A stretch of DNA of 64,000 bases from Candidatus Omnitrophota bacterium (GTDB taxonomy: Bacteria > Omnitrophota > Gorgyraeia > Zapsychrales > JANLHA01). Shown here piece by piece: positions 9,124-20,078 of this stretch. The stretch lies in the NCBI GenBank assembly GCA_023247795.1, contig JAHFFT010000004.1:9739-73738 (forward strand), in the 5' to 3' direction. A program made the translations under genes and the position numbers. Positions within the stretch are counted from its first letter, which is position 1. Each line of letters starts with the position of its first letter. Below the pieces are notes generated by a model that saw only the letters and a program-made list of their open reading frames with translations, had not been told where the DNA came from and did no database searches.

Positions 9124-10194
9124 TTAAAAATCCAATTTTGTCGGAACCACGATTCTCCGTCGGAGACGGGCCGGCATATTTAAGGTGTGCCCTGTTCCCA
9201 ACACAACAGCGGTGAGAGGATCATCAGCGATGTGAACAGGAAGCCCGGTTTCTTCGGCAATGCGCTTATCGATCCCGCGCAAAAGCGCCCCGCCTCCGGC
9301 CATAACAATGCCACGATCAATCAGATCCGAAGACAATTCCGGAGGTGTATTTTCCAGGGTCATTTTCGAGGCGTCAACAATAGCCTGGATCGGTTCCGCC
9401 AAGGCCTCGCGGATTTCCTCGGAAGTAACGGTAATCGTCTTCGGTAACCCAGCGATCAAATCCCTGCCCCGGACATCCATGGTCAATTCATCGTCGAGCG
9501 GATAAGCTGAACCAATGCGGATTTTGATTTCCTCGGCGGTTCGTTCGCCAATCATCAAGTTGTAAGTTTTCTTCAAATGTTCAATGATCGCCATGTCCAT
9601 TTCATCACCGGCGATGCGGATCGATTTCGCGTAAACCAGGCCCCCTAAAGAAATCACTGCCAATTCTGTTGTCCCGCCTCCGATATCGATGATCATGTTC
9701 CCAGCCGCTTCTTCCACTGGAAGCCCCACCCCGACCGCCGCGGCCTTGGGTTCTTCAATCAATTCAACCGACCGAGCACTGGCCCGTTCCGCTGAATCCC
9801 TCACCGCCCGCTTTTCAACTTCAGTAATGCCAGAAGGAATGGCTATGACGATGGCAGGTCTGACCAAAACTCTACGGCGATGGACCTTTTTGATGAAATA
9901 TTTCAACATCGCCTCCGTGATTTCAAAATCAGAAATAACGCCGTCCTTCATCGGACGAATGGCTATGATGTTGCCAGGTGTTCGGCCTAACATCTTTTTC
10001 GCTTCATCTCCAACCGCGACAACACGATTGGTGTCTTTTTCAATGGCGACAACCGAAGGTTCACACAAAACAACCCCTTCCCCTTTGACATAAATGAGGG
10101 TGTTGGCCGTGCCCAAATCAATTCCCATATCATTAGAGAACAGACCGAGGATATAGTTGAAGGCCTTGCGGAAATATTTGAGGAGCTTTGGCAT
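9124..10194 (-). CDS. mreB: Actin-like rod shape protein MreB.
   Basis: …[18 protein letters not shown]…DIGGGTTE… is the actin-fold phosphate motif. The track ORF starts at 10230; ATG at 10194 (MPKLLKYF…) is the more likely start. Confidence 0.9.
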   Translation of the reverse strand: MPKLLKYFRKAFNYILGLFSNDMGIDLGTANTLIYVKGEGVVLCEPSVVAIEKDTNRVVAVGDEAKKMLGRTPGNIIAIRPMKDGVISDFEITEAMLKYFIKKVHRRRVLVRPAIVIAIPSGITEVEKRAVRDSAERASARSVELIEEPKAAAVGVGLPVEEAAGNMIIDIGGGTTELAVISLGGLVYAKSIRIAGDEMDMAIIEHLKKTYNLMIGERTAEEIKIRIGSAYPLDDELTMDVRGRDLIAGLPKTITVTSEEIREALAEPIQAIVDASKMTLENTPPELSSDLIDRGIVMAGGGALLRGIDKRIAEETGLPVHIADDPLTAVVLGTGHTLNMPARLRRRIVVPTKLDF

Positions 10195-10321
10195 TGTATG
10201 GTTAAAAAGTGGGACACTCTGAAACAACACTTAAATCTTTACTGCACAAGCACATTGATCCTGCCACAGAACGTACTCAATTTTTCGTCGATGTGTTTAG
10301 CGCGACTAAGTAATAGCAAAC

Positions 10322-10350
10322 ATACTATATGAAAACAAATTCACTGTCAA
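10322..10350 (-). promoter_or_regulatory. Candidate sigma70-type promoter upstream of mreB: TTGACA-17-TAGTAT on the minus strand.
   Basis: Revcomp TGTCAA at 10345-10350 and ATACTA at 10322-10327, about 130 nt upstream of the mreB start. Identified by eye only. Confidence 0.3.
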
Positions 10351-10366
10351 TCAAATTCAATCAATC

Positions 10367-11665
10367 TTATGGGCTTTTTTTGCAGGAAGCGCCCAATTTT
10401 TTGATGTCCTGAACAAATTTCGGATAAGATTTTGCCACACATCCAATATCTCTAACCGTCACACCGAGTTTCATGCCTAAGACGGAAAAGGCCATGGCCA
10501 GACGATGATCGTGATGAGGGTCCAACGTGACCTGCAAACTTTTTCTTGAGCCGACATCCCATGGTCGGATCAAAAGTTCATCTCCTTTTTCCTTGATGTC
10601 AGCACCAATCTTTAAAAGTTCTCGCCGAAGATCACTGATCCGGTCCGATTCTTTGACCCGGGCATGGCCGATCCCATAGAGACGGGTCGGACCCTTCGCG
10701 AATAAACCCAAGATGGCCATGATCGGCACCAAATCCGGACAGGCACGCAAAGAAAATTCTCCCCCATTTAAAGCCTGGGGCCCTTTGATCCGCAAAGAAT
10801 GGTTGGTCTTTCGATAACGCACACCCATTTGGGTTACCAGCGACAAAATTTGACCGTCGGCCTGCGGATATCGGTCGGCAAAATGACCCAAGAGCTCAAC
10901 ATCCGAATCAAGCAGAGTTGCCGCCGCCAGATGATAGGCCGCCAACCCATAATCCGATGGAACATGAAAATCTTTCAACCCTTTAAAGGACTGCCCTCCT
11001 TTGATCCGAAACTCTCGCTCGCTGCGTCGGTCAATAACGACCCCCGCGTCTTCTAAAATCCGCAACGTCATCGTTAAATAATCCGTTGAAACAACCTTGG
11101 CCCCGCTGATGCGGATGACCGAATTCCCGTCGAGCTGCGGCAAGGTGATCAACAATGCAGAAATGAACTGCGAACTGATATCCCCAGCGATCGTGTAAAG
11201 CCCCGAAGTCAATTCCCCGCCGACAAAATCAATCGGGATCCCCTCGTCTGGCCCGTCTCCCTTGATGCTCAGTCCGCGCTGACGCAGGGTTTGCAGCAAA
11301 TGATGGTTAGGCCGTCCGGCTAAAGTTCCTCGGCCTTCAATCCGCAATTTCTTAGTAAAAAGAGAAACCAATGGCAAAACAAACCGCAGGACGGTCCCAG
11401 ATTCTCCGACGTCAAGCGAACGGAGCTGGACCTTTTTTTGAGCAGCCTTAATCGAACACGTATTTTTCAAATCGCGTTTGACCAAACAGCCCAATTGCCG
11501 TGCCGCGTTTCTGGCGACCACGGCATCATCGCAATCCGAGGCCGCCCGGATGACAGATTCACCACCGCAAGCCGCCACAATGAAAGCGCGGATCGAGTAA
11601 GATTTGGAGGCCGGCAAATGAATTTTGCCTCGAAAATATTTGATGGGATTGATTTGCAGCTTCAC
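10367..11665 (-). CDS. aroA: 3-phosphoshikimate 1-carboxyvinyltransferase (EPSP synthase).
   Basis: 432 aa with the LPASKSYSIRA motif (canonical LPGSKSxSNR) and a two-domain EPSPS architecture. Confidence 0.9.
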   Translation of the reverse strand: MKLQINPIKYFRGKIHLPASKSYSIRAFIVAACGGESVIRAASDCDDAVVARNAARQLGCLVKRDLKNTCSIKAAQKKVQLRSLDVGESGTVLRFVLPLVSLFTKKLRIEGRGTLAGRPNHHLLQTLRQRGLSIKGDGPDEGIPIDFVGGELTSGLYTIAGDISSQFISALLITLPQLDGNSVIRISGAKVVSTDYLTMTLRILEDAGVVIDRRSEREFRIKGGQSFKGLKDFHVPSDYGLAAYHLAAATLLDSDVELLGHFADRYPQADGQILSLVTQMGVRYRKTNHSLRIKGPQALNGGEFSLRACPDLVPIMAILGLFAKGPTRLYGIGHARVKESDRISDLRRELLKIGADIKEKGDELLIRPWDVGSRKSLQVTLDPHHDHRLAMAFSVLGMKLGVTVRDIGCVAKSYPKFVQDIKKLGASCKKSP

Positions 11666-12570
11666 TAATTCGCTACCGACTTCATAACGACTTGATCAGC
11701 TTTTTGAATTTTATCACTGCTAAATGGCGGGATGAAATCTGCGGCTGCCATCTCTGGCAGGACTCGGGAAACTTGAACATCGCCTAAGTATTGATTGTTG
11801 CGGTAAATCCCCAAAACCGATCCTTTTTGGATCCCGTCCTGTTCTCCTAAATTGACAATGACAAAATCGGTTTCTTGATCGACGCTGATGACCCGTCCTT
11901 GCGCAGCGCCGCGATTCGAAACCACGATTTTATCCAAATCGATATTTTTTCCAAGCTGATCGTTTTGCGGGGTTACGGCTTCGGATTTCTGATCGATATC
12001 AATGACCTGAGGCATGGGTGCTGGATCTGCGGCCCCAGCGTCGCCGGGTGTAGGTGCCGCCGCCTCCGGCGCGGGCTGCGGAGCCGCACTGCTATTGCTC
12101 TGGGCTTCCTGCAACTGCTTTTCCAAGGCGCGGCTTTGTTCCGTGACTTCTTTGAGTTGCGTTTCTAATGCCTCGATCTTCTTTTGCGCCTCATCCAACT
12201 GTGACTGTGTCTGTTGACGATATTCTTCTCTTGACTGCTTTTCCTTTTCTAAAGAATCCTTGATTTCTCTATTCTCCTTTTTCATCTCTTCACGCAACCC
12301 CTGTTCCAATTCCAAATCTTCCATCAGCCCTTCAACTTTATCATTGGCTTCCTTATTTTTCTCTTCTAAAAGGAAGACCTGCTTTTTCGTATCGGTCAAC
12401 TCTTTCTGCAATTTGGCTTCAACCTGCTTGAGTTGTTCCAAATTCTCCTCAGCGGTACGGCGCAGTTGGATTTCTTGAATAAAAAAGAAAACGGAAATCG
12501 CGGTGATCGAAAGCAATAGCACCGAGATCACGCTGAGGAATATCGTTAAGGTCTTGCCGGATTTATTCAT
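11665..12570 (-). CDS. Hypothetical membrane-anchored coiled-coil protein with a Pro/Ala-rich linker and a small C-terminal beta-rich domain.
   Basis: N-terminal TM helix, about 130 aa of heptad-like E/K/Q-rich sequence, then APQPAPEAAAPTPGDAGAADPAPMP, then a C-terminal GRVISVDQETDFVIVNLGEQDGIQKGSVLGIYR segment (PRC/SH3-like pattern). No family assignment is possible by eye. Confidence 0.5.
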   Translation of the reverse strand: MNKSGKTLTIFLSVISVLLLSITAISVFFFIQEIQLRRTAEENLEQLKQVEAKLQKELTDTKKQVFLLEEKNKEANDKVEGLMEDLELEQGLREEMKKENREIKDSLEKEKQSREEYRQQTQSQLDEAQKKIEALETQLKEVTEQSRALEKQLQEAQSNSSAAPQPAPEAAAPTPGDAGAADPAPMPQVIDIDQKSEAVTPQNDQLGKNIDLDKIVVSNRGAAQGRVISVDQETDFVIVNLGEQDGIQKGSVLGIYRNNQYLGDVQVSRVLPEMAAADFIPPFSSDKIQKADQVVMKSVAN

Positions 12571-12717
12571 CCCGTTACCCCTATCTGCTTGATTTTCATT
12601 AAGTTTTAAACGTAATGGAATATCATTTTTATTATAGAAAATTCCTTTGCAAAGTAAAGCCTAATTTAGAAATTTTGTTGATCCAAATTACCTAATTGAC
12701 GGACGCCCCAAAATCTG

Positions 12718-13617
12718 CTAAACATCGCTAAATTCTATTGGCAAGACCGAATAAAACTCCAAAAAATTCTTCGTCTGCGGATGTTGAAACCCTATCCCCC
12801 GGGCGTGCAGGGCCAGGCGAGGAAAGCTTATCTTCTTCCCATATTTAGCGTCTCCCAAAATCGGATGACCAAGATACGCCATGTGGACACGGAGTTGATG
12901 GGTGCGCCCGGTTTCTGGAAACAACGCGACCAGAGAACATTTTTGCGGATAACGTTCAATCACCCGATAGGTGGTTTTCGCCGGCTTGGCTAGCTCGTCG
13001 GTGGAAATCTCTTTTTTGTCCCAATGGACCTTATGCCGGCCTAAGGCAGCATCGATCACCCCTTCATCATATTCCGGATGGCCTTGAACCAGGGCCGCAT
13101 AGCTTTTCTTAATCCGATGTTTTTCAAACTGCCTGGCCAGACGGACATGGGTCTGATCATCTTTCGCCACGATCATCAGCCCCGAGGTCTCACGATCCAG
13201 TCGATGCACAATTCCTGGACGATCTTCCTCGTTCACACTCGACAAATGAGGACAATGATAAAGCAAGGCATTGACCAGCGTCCCAGAACGGTTGTTATGT
13301 GTCGGATGAACCAGCAGTCCCGCTGGTTTATCAATCACCAACAAATGATCATCTTCATAAAAAATGTTGAGTGGGATCTTCTCGGGACGGATGGTCCGGT
13401 CAGGGGCTACGGCCTCGGTGAACTCTACGACGATGTGATCGTCCTTTTGGACCTTATAATGCGGTTTACGGATTTGGTCGTTGACCTTAACCAAACCCTC
13501 TTCAATCAATTGTTTGATGATACTGCGCGAAGGTGTCCCCGGGAGCTGTTGAGAGAGATAGCTGTCCATCCGGACCAGATGAAACGCTTCCTCGACGTCA
13601 AATGTGAGTTCTGCCAT
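12718..13617 (-). CDS. rluD: RluA-family 23S rRNA pseudouridine synthase (RluD-like).
   Basis: N-terminal S4 domain plus the catalytic motif HRLDRETSGLM. ATG at 13617 (MAELTF…) is preferred over the track start at 13671, which would overlap lspA. Confidence 0.85.
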   Translation of the reverse strand: MAELTFDVEEAFHLVRMDSYLSQQLPGTPSRSIIKQLIEEGLVKVNDQIRKPHYKVQKDDHIVVEFTEAVAPDRTIRPEKIPLNIFYEDDHLLVIDKPAGLLVHPTHNNRSGTLVNALLYHCPHLSSVNEEDRPGIVHRLDRETSGLMIVAKDDQTHVRLARQFEKHRIKKSYAALVQGHPEYDEGVIDAALGRHKVHWDKKEISTDELAKPAKTTYRVIERYPQKCSLVALFPETGRTHQLRVHMAYLGHPILGDAKYGKKISFPRLALHARGIGFQHPQTKNFLEFYSVLPIEFSDV

Positions 13618-13643
13618 AGAATTAAGGTGATAGGCAATCTTGG

Positions 13644-14132
13644 TTAGTTTTTCTTTGAAACAGGAATGCATTTGAGGGCGATGACAAACGCCCCGATCGT
13701 GATCGCGCTGTCAGCGATGTTAAAGACCGGCCACACGCGCAAATCGATAAAATCAATGACATAGCCATAGTAGATGCGATCAATGAGATTGCCGATCGCG
13801 CCGCCCAAAATCAACGAAAAGGCAAGGATGTAAAGCCGGCTCAATTTCTCGTCGTTGTGCTTATAGTAAATCACGTTATAAACCAACAGCACAATGGCAA
13901 TGACCGGGATGATGATGAAGACCGCACCCTGGTTTTTGAACAAGCCAAAGGCGATTCCGGTATTATGCACCAAGGTCATATGAAGACAGTCACGGACAAC
14001 GGGTATCGATTCTCCGGGGAAAAGGGTGTTCGAAAAAAAAATCTTTGTGAGGCGGTCAAAAAAAACAACGAGCGCAACCGTGCTTAAAGAAAGCACAATG
14101 TCAAAATAGGAACGGTTTCGGTAACTCGTCAT
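13644..14132 (-). CDS. lspA: Lipoprotein signal peptidase II.
   Basis: 162 aa, four TM segments, with conserved NxGxAFG and …NIADSAITIG… motifs. It sits next to ileS, the classic pairing. Confidence 0.85.
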   Translation of the reverse strand: MTSYRNRSYFDIVLSLSTVALVVFFDRLTKIFFSNTLFPGESIPVVRDCLHMTLVHNTGIAFGLFKNQGAVFIIIPVIAIVLLVYNVIYYKHNDEKLSRLYILAFSLILGGAIGNLIDRIYYGYVIDFIDLRVWPVFNIADSAITIGAFVIALKCIPVSKKN

Positions 14133-14178
14133 TCATCGCACCTGCGGGGGAAAGGGGGCTGTCGGGATCGAAAAAATT

Positions 14179-14586
14179 TTACAAATGGCTGCTTTTCGAT
14201 TTTTCCTTTTCCAGCTCTTCTTGGGCGGCGACGGTATATTCCGCGTAGGGGATGGCCTTCAAGCGGGCGGCCGGGATCGGTTTATGACTCTTCAAACAAA
14301 GTCCATACGACCCGTCATCAATCCGTTTTAAGGCGCTGTCAATCTTGGTCAACAATTCCCGTTCATTGGAAGCCAATCCGAGATTGAATTCCCGATCATA
14401 CATATCGGTCGCGGCATCGGCCATGTGCATCCCATGCCCGGAAGATTCTCCCGTCGACGGTTTTGAATCCACGGAATTGACTTCGTCCATATTATGGATG
14501 TCGTGAAGAAGAGCCTCTTTCATTTGCGTCAGTCTCTTCTTGAAATAATCCAATTGTGCTTTATTCATCTTTTTTTTGATTGCCAT
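14179..14586 (-). CDS. DksA/TraR-family protein with a degenerate (Cys-poor) zinc finger.
   Basis: Coiled-coil N-terminus plus a C-terminal DksA-like tail, but with a single Cys (YGLC…YTVA) where Cys4 would normally be. Confidence 0.7.
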   Translation of the reverse strand: MAIKKKMNKAQLDYFKKRLTQMKEALLHDIHNMDEVNSVDSKPSTGESSGHGMHMADAATDMYDREFNLGLASNERELLTKIDSALKRIDDGSYGLCLKSHKPIPAARLKAIPYAEYTVAAQEELEKEKSKSSHL

Positions 14587-17383
14587 GCTTCAACATCTCC
14601 TTTACAATTTGCGCACTGCGCGAGGATAAAGTTGGATAATCCGGATCATCTCCTACGTCGGTTGAGTATTTCCAAGAAAGCGCACATTTTTTCCCATCGG
14701 CCTTATGGACTTGGATCTCTAAATTCGGCCATTTGGGGTCAACCGCGGCATCGATTTTATCGATTTTTTGCACTGGCGCCTGAGAGACCACAAAATAATC
14801 GGCCAGCCGCCCTTCAAACTGATTCAAATATTTAAAAAGCTGTTCCGACGCGGTTTTAAAAATGACTTTGGCATCAAGCGAACTGCCAATCAAACCTCCG
14901 CGCCTTTGCTCTTCCAAAGCCTTCATCACAAACGGTCTTAATTCAATGAGCTGCTTAAACTTCTCGTCAATTTCCGGATTGCACCAATCGTCCGTGACAC
15001 CCAAAAATTCTAAGGCGTGGACACTCTGATGCTGCCGCATTCCGGCGTCTTTCGGCATCATTTGAAAAATTTCTTCCGCGGTGAAACATAAAATCGGCGC
15101 TAAAACCCGCACCAAATGATTCAAGATATGAAAAAGAACCGTCTGCGCCGACTTTCTTTTCTGCGATTTAGCAGGAGAAATATAAAGGCGATCCTTTAAG
15201 ATGTCAAGATAAAAATTGGAAAGGTCGTCGTTGCAAAACTGATAAATACTGCGAAAAATCCTCACGAAATCATACTGTTTATACCCCTGTTCACATTCTG
15301 CCTTTATCCGATAGGAGAGTCGATCCAAGGCCCATTGGTCGAGTTCTTCAAGCTGTTTGTAGGGAAGCTGCTCTCGATCAGCGTCAAAGTCATAAAGATT
15401 CCCTAAAAGATACCGAGCGGTATTGCGGATTTTGCGATAGGCATCGGTCAGTCTCGCCATCACCTCGTCAGAAATGCGAATATCTTCTTGATACGAACTG
15501 GACGCCACCCAAAGCCGCAAAATATCAGCCCCGCTTTTTTCAATCAAATCCAATGGCAAGATGACGTTGCCTAAGGATTTCGACATCTTCCGGCCCTGGC
15601 CATCCACCACAAAGCCGTGAGTCAGAACCCCTTTGAACGGTGCGCGGCCTTCTAAGGCGACGGCTGGGATCAGCGATGATTGAAACCATCCGCGATGCTG
15701 ATCACTGCCTTCCAAATAAAGATCAACCGGGATTTTCAAACCCATCTTGGCCTTCACCACGGCCTGATGGCTGACCCCGGAATCAAACCACACGTCGAGG
15801 ATATCAAACGTTTTTTCCCATTCGTCCGCTTTATAATTTTTTGGCAACAACTCTTCCAAAGGCTTTTGAAACCAAGCATCCGTCCCTTCCTTTTTAACGA
15901 TCTCAGCGAAATGATTGATCACGTCCGAATCCAAGACCAACTCTTCTTTGCTTCCCTTCCGTTTCAGCGCTGGAATGGGAACGCCCCAATAACGTTGGCG
16001 GGACAAACACCAGTCAGGCCGACCTAAAACCATGGATAAAATCCTTTCCTTAGCGCTAGCAGGGATCCATTCCACTTCACGTTCAATCACTTCTTTGAGA
16101 CGAGCGCGCAGATTCTCATGATCAATTTTCAAAAACCATTGCTTGGTCGCACGGAAAATGATCGGTTTTTTCGAACGCCAGGAATGCGGATAAGAATGTC
16201 GGATGTCTTCCTTGGCCAACAAATCTCCCTGTTGGAAAAGATCATCGACGATGATCGGATTCGCTTTAAAGACATGCATTCCGGTATATTTCCCAGCACC
16301 TTCGGTATAAACCCCGCGTTCGTCGACGAGCATCACCACATCCAAAAGATATTCCTTACCTGTAGCGAAATCTTCCTGACCATGCCCGGGGGCGGTATGC
16401 ACCAAACCGGTCCCATCTTCTCTGGTCACATAATCAACCGTTACGACCAGACATCTTTCTCGAAACATAAGCGGATGGCTATAACGAAATTGGACCAATT
16501 CCCGGCCGGAAAGCGTCTGCAAAATTTTAAAATCTTCAATACCAGCCTTTTTTAAAACCTTTGCAGCCAACGATTCCTCAATCACTAGGATCTCTTTCCC
16601 GATGTCAATCAAAGCGTAACGAAAATCCTTATGGACCGCGACCGCCACATTCCCGACGAGAGTCCAAGGGGTCGTTGTCCAAATGACCAATGCCAACGGT
16701 TTCTTGGGAATGGAAATCTTGCAATCATCTTGATTCTGCACCCAAAATTTAGCATACACGGTCGTCGAGGTGATCTCGTCATATTCCACTTCTGCTTCAG
16801 CCAACGCGGTCTCGTGCTCAACACACCAATTGACTGGCTTGTAATCAAGTTCGATGTAACCCTTGCTTCGCAAGGCCGAAAGCGATTTCAGGATCCAATA
16901 TTCGTATTCATGATCCAGTGTCAAATACGGATCGTCCCATTGACCAAAAATTCCCAGCCGTTTGAACTGTTCTTTTTGGATACCCACATATTTCATCGCA
17001 TAGTCATGGCAGCCCCGACGGAATTGGACTGGATCGATCTCATTTTTTCGCAGCTTCAGTTCTTTTAACAGCTGATGTTCGATCGGAAGCCCATGACAAT
17101 CCCAGCCCGGGACGTAGTGCGCATCGTACCCCTGCATGGCCCGCGATTTCACGATGATATCTTTAAGGATTTTGTTCAGGGCATGGCCCATATGGATGTC
17201 GCCGTTGGCATACGGCGGCCCGTCGTGGAGAATAAACTTTGGCTTGCCGTTCGCATTCTGACGGATCTTTTGATACAGGCCGGTCTTTTCCCAATGCGTA
17301 AGCCACTCTGGCTCTCTTTGCGCCAGATTTGCTTTCATGGAAAATTCGGTTTGGGGAAGGTTTAAAAACTTACGATAGTCCAT
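14561..17383 (-). CDS. ileS: Isoleucine--tRNA ligase.
   Basis: 940 aa with HIGH-class motif [16 protein letters not shown], and an editing-domain insertion. Confidence 0.95.
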   Translation of the reverse strand: MDYRKFLNLPQTEFSMKANLAQREPEWLTHWEKTGLYQKIRQNANGKPKFILHDGPPYANGDIHMGHALNKILKDIIVKSRAMQGYDAHYVPGWDCHGLPIEHQLLKELKLRKNEIDPVQFRRGCHDYAMKYVGIQKEQFKRLGIFGQWDDPYLTLDHEYEYWILKSLSALRSKGYIELDYKPVNWCVEHETALAEAEVEYDEITSTTVYAKFWVQNQDDCKISIPKKPLALVIWTTTPWTLVGNVAVAVHKDFRYALIDIGKEILVIEESLAAKVLKKAGIEDFKILQTLSGRELVQFRYSHPLMFRERCLVVTVDYVTREDGTGLVHTAPGHGQEDFATGKEYLLDVVMLVDERGVYTEGAGKYTGMHVFKANPIIVDDLFQQGDLLAKEDIRHSYPHSWRSKKPIIFRATKQWFLKIDHENLRARLKEVIEREVEWIPASAKERILSMVLGRPDWCLSRQRYWGVPIPALKRKGSKEELVLDSDVINHFAEIVKKEGTDAWFQKPLEELLPKNYKADEWEKTFDILDVWFDSGVSHQAVVKAKMGLKIPVDLYLEGSDQHRGWFQSSLIPAVALEGRAPFKGVLTHGFVVDGQGRKMSKSLGNVILPLDLIEKSGADILRLWVASSSYQEDIRISDEVMARLTDAYRKIRNTARYLLGNLYDFDADREQLPYKQLEELDQWALDRLSYRIKAECEQGYKQYDFVRIFRSIYQFCNDDLSNFYLDILKDRLYISPAKSQKRKSAQTVLFHILNHLVRVLAPILCFTAEEIFQMMPKDAGMRQHQSVHALEFLGVTDDWCNPEIDEKFKQLIELRPFVMKALEEQRRGGLIGSSLDAKVIFKTASEQLFKYLNQFEGRLADYFVVSQAPVQKIDKIDAAVDPKWPNLEIQVHKADGKKCALSWKYSTDVGDDPDYPTLSSRSAQIVKEMLKHGNQKKDE

Positions 17384-17399
17384 AACCTTTATTCACTCT

Positions 17400-18260
17400 T
17401 CATTTCAAATATTTTCCAATCAAAACTTCCAATGCCTTCTTTTTCTCTTCAGGAATAGCCTCGGGGGCAGTGATAATCGCATTTTTTAAAGCGCTGTGCG
17501 CCTCAAAATGCTTGATCCCCGCGGCCTTAGGAATGGCTTTTTCTAAAATGCGTTTGGCGTTCACAATATTTTTTTGCAGATTGGCGATGATCATCTCGAC
17601 GGTAACCGTATCATGCCCTTCGTGCCAGCAATCATAATCCGTCACTGCCGCCAATGTCACATAAGCGATTTCCGCTTCGCGAGCCAATTTGGCCTCGGTC
17701 CCATTGGTCATGCCGATGACCGACATCCCCCAACTGCGATAAAGGTTTGATTCTGCTTTGGTCGAAAATTGCGGACCTTCCATCGTGACATACGTGCCAC
17801 CATCGTGCGCGGTCAAGCGACACTCTTGGGCGGATGACAACAAAACCTTACGTAGTTCCGACGAGAAAGGATCGGCAAAAGCCACATGGGCGACAATGCC
17901 GCCGGTAAAAAAACTACTCTCCCGCTGGCCGCGCGTCCGGTCGAGCAATTGATCTGGAACCACAAAATCCATCGGCTTCAACTCTTCTTTCAGACTGCCG
18001 CAGGCGGAAATCGAAATGATCGCATCGACCCCTAATTTCTTCATGCCGAAAATGTTGGCCCGATAATTGATTTCGCTCGGCGAAAACCGATGACCTTTTC
18101 CATGGCGGGGAAGAAAAACCACCTCAACCCCTTGATACGTCCCTAAAAGATAATGACTCGAAGGTTCACCGAAAGGTGTTGATAAATATCGGTCTTCCAG
18201 ATTCTTGATCCCATCCAAATCATACAATCCGCTTCCACCAATCACGCCGATCTTTGCCAT
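17400..18260 (-). CDS. mtnP: S-methyl-5'-thioadenosine phosphorylase.
   Basis: 286 aa with a PNP/MTAP fold (MAKIGVIGGSGLYD…, …VIGMTNGTEAKLAREAEI…). Confidence 0.85.
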   Translation of the reverse strand: MAKIGVIGGSGLYDLDGIKNLEDRYLSTPFGEPSSHYLLGTYQGVEVVFLPRHGKGHRFSPSEINYRANIFGMKKLGVDAIISISACGSLKEELKPMDFVVPDQLLDRTRGQRESSFFTGGIVAHVAFADPFSSELRKVLLSSAQECRLTAHDGGTYVTMEGPQFSTKAESNLYRSWGMSVIGMTNGTEAKLAREAEIAYVTLAAVTDYDCWHEGHDTVTVEMIIANLQKNIVNAKRILEKAIPKAAGIKHFEAHSALKNAIITAPEAIPEEKKKALEVLIGKYLK

Positions 18261-18272
18261 AGGTTTCTCCTA

Positions 18273-19058
18273 TTAACTTTTCGATAATGTCTTGGCCCGT
18301 CTTTTTGCCGCGACCAGCGCCAATTGAAAAATATGATCAATTTTTTTGCTCAGGAAAATCTTCATTGCTGCCCCAGTGGTGCCACCCTTTGAGGTGACTT
18401 TTTTACGCAGCTCTGACGGGTCTTCCTTGAGCAGTTGCCATTGCTTTAAACTTCCAAACAGCGTTTTCCGAATCAACGGGTCAGCCAAATCTTGTTTCAG
18501 ACCTAAGACCTTAGCACTCTTTTGCAGACACTCGATAAAAAGAAAAACATACGCCGGGCCGCTGCCTGATAATGCGGTCACCGCGTCCATATCTCTTTCA
18601 TCGACCACAACAACTTCTCCAACTCGACCTAGAATTTCAGACGCAATCGCGATATCCTTTGTTGTTGCATTGGGTCCACGACAAATCGCTGTTATTCCCT
18701 CACCGATCTGTGCCGGCATGTTAGGCATCGTTCGAATGATGCTCGCATCCTTGGCCAATCGTTTCGCGAAAAATCTCGTCGTGAGACCGGCCGCGATGGA
18801 AATGAAAAGCTTTCCCTTAATATCTTTGATCTCTTTCAACACATCTTCCATGGCCTGCGGTTTGACCGCGAGGATGATGATCTCATTTTCGTGTACCAAG
18901 GCCTGCAAATCCTGTGCCTTCACGTTAAATTTTTGAGCCAAAGCGGTTCGACGTCGAGGATCAGTTTCGCACACACCAACCCGATAACGCTTATGCAGCG
19001 CCTGGATCAACGCGGTTCCCATGTTCCCGCCACCGATGATGCCGATAGTTTTTTTCAT
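18273..19058 (-). CDS. proC: Pyrroline-5-carboxylate reductase.
   Basis: Rossmann motif IGIIGGGNMG plus the P5CR C-terminal dimerisation domain. ATG at 19058 is preferred over the track start. Confidence 0.85.
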   Translation of the reverse strand: MKKTIGIIGGGNMGTALIQALHKRYRVGVCETDPRRRTALAQKFNVKAQDLQALVHENEIIILAVKPQAMEDVLKEIKDIKGKLFISIAAGLTTRFFAKRLAKDASIIRTMPNMPAQIGEGITAICRGPNATTKDIAIASEILGRVGEVVVVDERDMDAVTALSGSGPAYVFLFIECLQKSAKVLGLKQDLADPLIRKTLFGSLKQWQLLKEDPSELRKKVTSKGGTTGAAMKIFLSKKIDHIFQLALVAAKRRAKTLSKS

Positions 19059-19065
19059 AGTCTCT

Positions 19066-19749
19066 TTACTCCCCAAATATCGCCCGACCGATCCTCAACA
19101 TATTCGATCCCTCTTCCAACGCGATCTTATAATCCTGCGTCATTCCCATCGAAAGATATTTCATATCCAGACGTGGATGCCCTTGCCAGCGCCGCTTACC
19201 GTCTTCAAAAATTTTGCGCAAATCGGAAAAACTCTGACGGACTACTTTTTCATCATCAACAAGCGGTGCCATGGCCATACAGCCCTGCAGACGTAGATGT
19301 GACAAGGCAAGAATCTGTTCGATTAAAATCGCGGCGTCGTCTGGAGATGCACCAAACTTTTGTGATTCTCCTGAAGTGTTGACCTGTAAAAAGATATCAA
19401 CAGTCTTCGCTGATTTTTCTGCCTGCTGCTGGATGGCCTCGGCCAAGCGCAACGAATCAACCGACTGGATGCAATCAAAAAACGTCAACGCGAGTTTCAC
19501 TTTATTAGTCTGCAAATGGCCGATCAAATGTTTGGTCACCGATGAGGTGAGGACTGGGAACTTCTTTTGCCCTTCCTGAACCTTATTTTCACCGATATGT
19601 TTCAGCCCAGCGTCGATAGCAGCCTGAATTTTATCCGTACCCGTAAACTTTGTAACGCCAACGATCGCGATTTCTTTGGGATCCCGTTTGAGCTTTTGGC
19701 AAATTCCAGCGATTTCTCCTCGAATCTGCTCAATACGATCCTTAATCAT
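19066..19749 (-). CDS. yggS: YggS/PLPHP-family pyridoxal-phosphate homeostasis protein.
   Basis: 227 aa with an alanine-racemase-N-like TIM barrel and the PLP-lysine context VGVTKF. The yggS-proC pairing is conserved. Confidence 0.85.
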   Translation of the reverse strand: MIKDRIEQIRGEIAGICQKLKRDPKEIAIVGVTKFTGTDKIQAAIDAGLKHIGENKVQEGQKKFPVLTSSVTKHLIGHLQTNKVKLALTFFDCIQSVDSLRLAEAIQQQAEKSAKTVDIFLQVNTSGESQKFGASPDDAAILIEQILALSHLRLQGCMAMAPLVDDEKVVRQSFSDLRKIFEDGKRRWQGHPRLDMKYLSMGMTQDYKIALEEGSNMLRIGRAIFGE

Positions 19750-19885
19750 TGCAATAAACTAACATAAAAGATTTCAACCGTCAATCAATGCCGTTTCTCT
19801 CTCTGGGGAGTGTCTTGGGAAGGAACAAACGACGAAGGCCTCCTAGGGTTTGTATTAAAAAGCGTATGGCAAATATCTGATATTC

Positions 19886-19981
19886 TCTCCCTTCTTCAAG
19901 GTCGCAAATTGCGTCCTTGTGAAAATTTAGGGGCAAATATCGACGACCACCCAAATTTGAGGTCGCAAATTGCGACCTCAA
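19886..19981. promoter_or_regulatory. Two copies of an operator-like palindrome GGTCGCAAATTGCGACC about 70 bp apart. The first is imperfect (CAAGGTCGCAAATTGCGTCCTTG); the second is perfect (TGAGGTCGCAAATTGCGACCTCA).
   Basis: Read directly. They lie between the yggS start and the 3' end of the Cys-rich repeat gene. Each could act as a stem-loop or as a dimer binding site. Confidence 0.4.
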
Positions 19982-20078
19982 GTTATCATATTCATTTCGC
20001 ATCAGCCGGAATATAAAGTCTGGTGGGAATCTTTTAAAAAAAGCAGGATCCGTCCCTAATTATTTCAAGAATCGGGAT

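Noticed and set aside
13078-13647. 189-aa plus-strand ORF
   Set aside because: It is antisense to the well-supported RluD-like gene and has no motifs.
18346-18936. 196-aa plus-strand ORF
   Set aside because: It is antisense to proC and has a low-complexity S/T/A/R composition typical of antisense frames.
19781-20002. 73-aa minus-strand ORF in the yggS-cassette spacer
   Set aside because: It is composed largely of the two operator-like palindromes, has no RBS and shows no protein-like features, so it is almost certainly non-coding.
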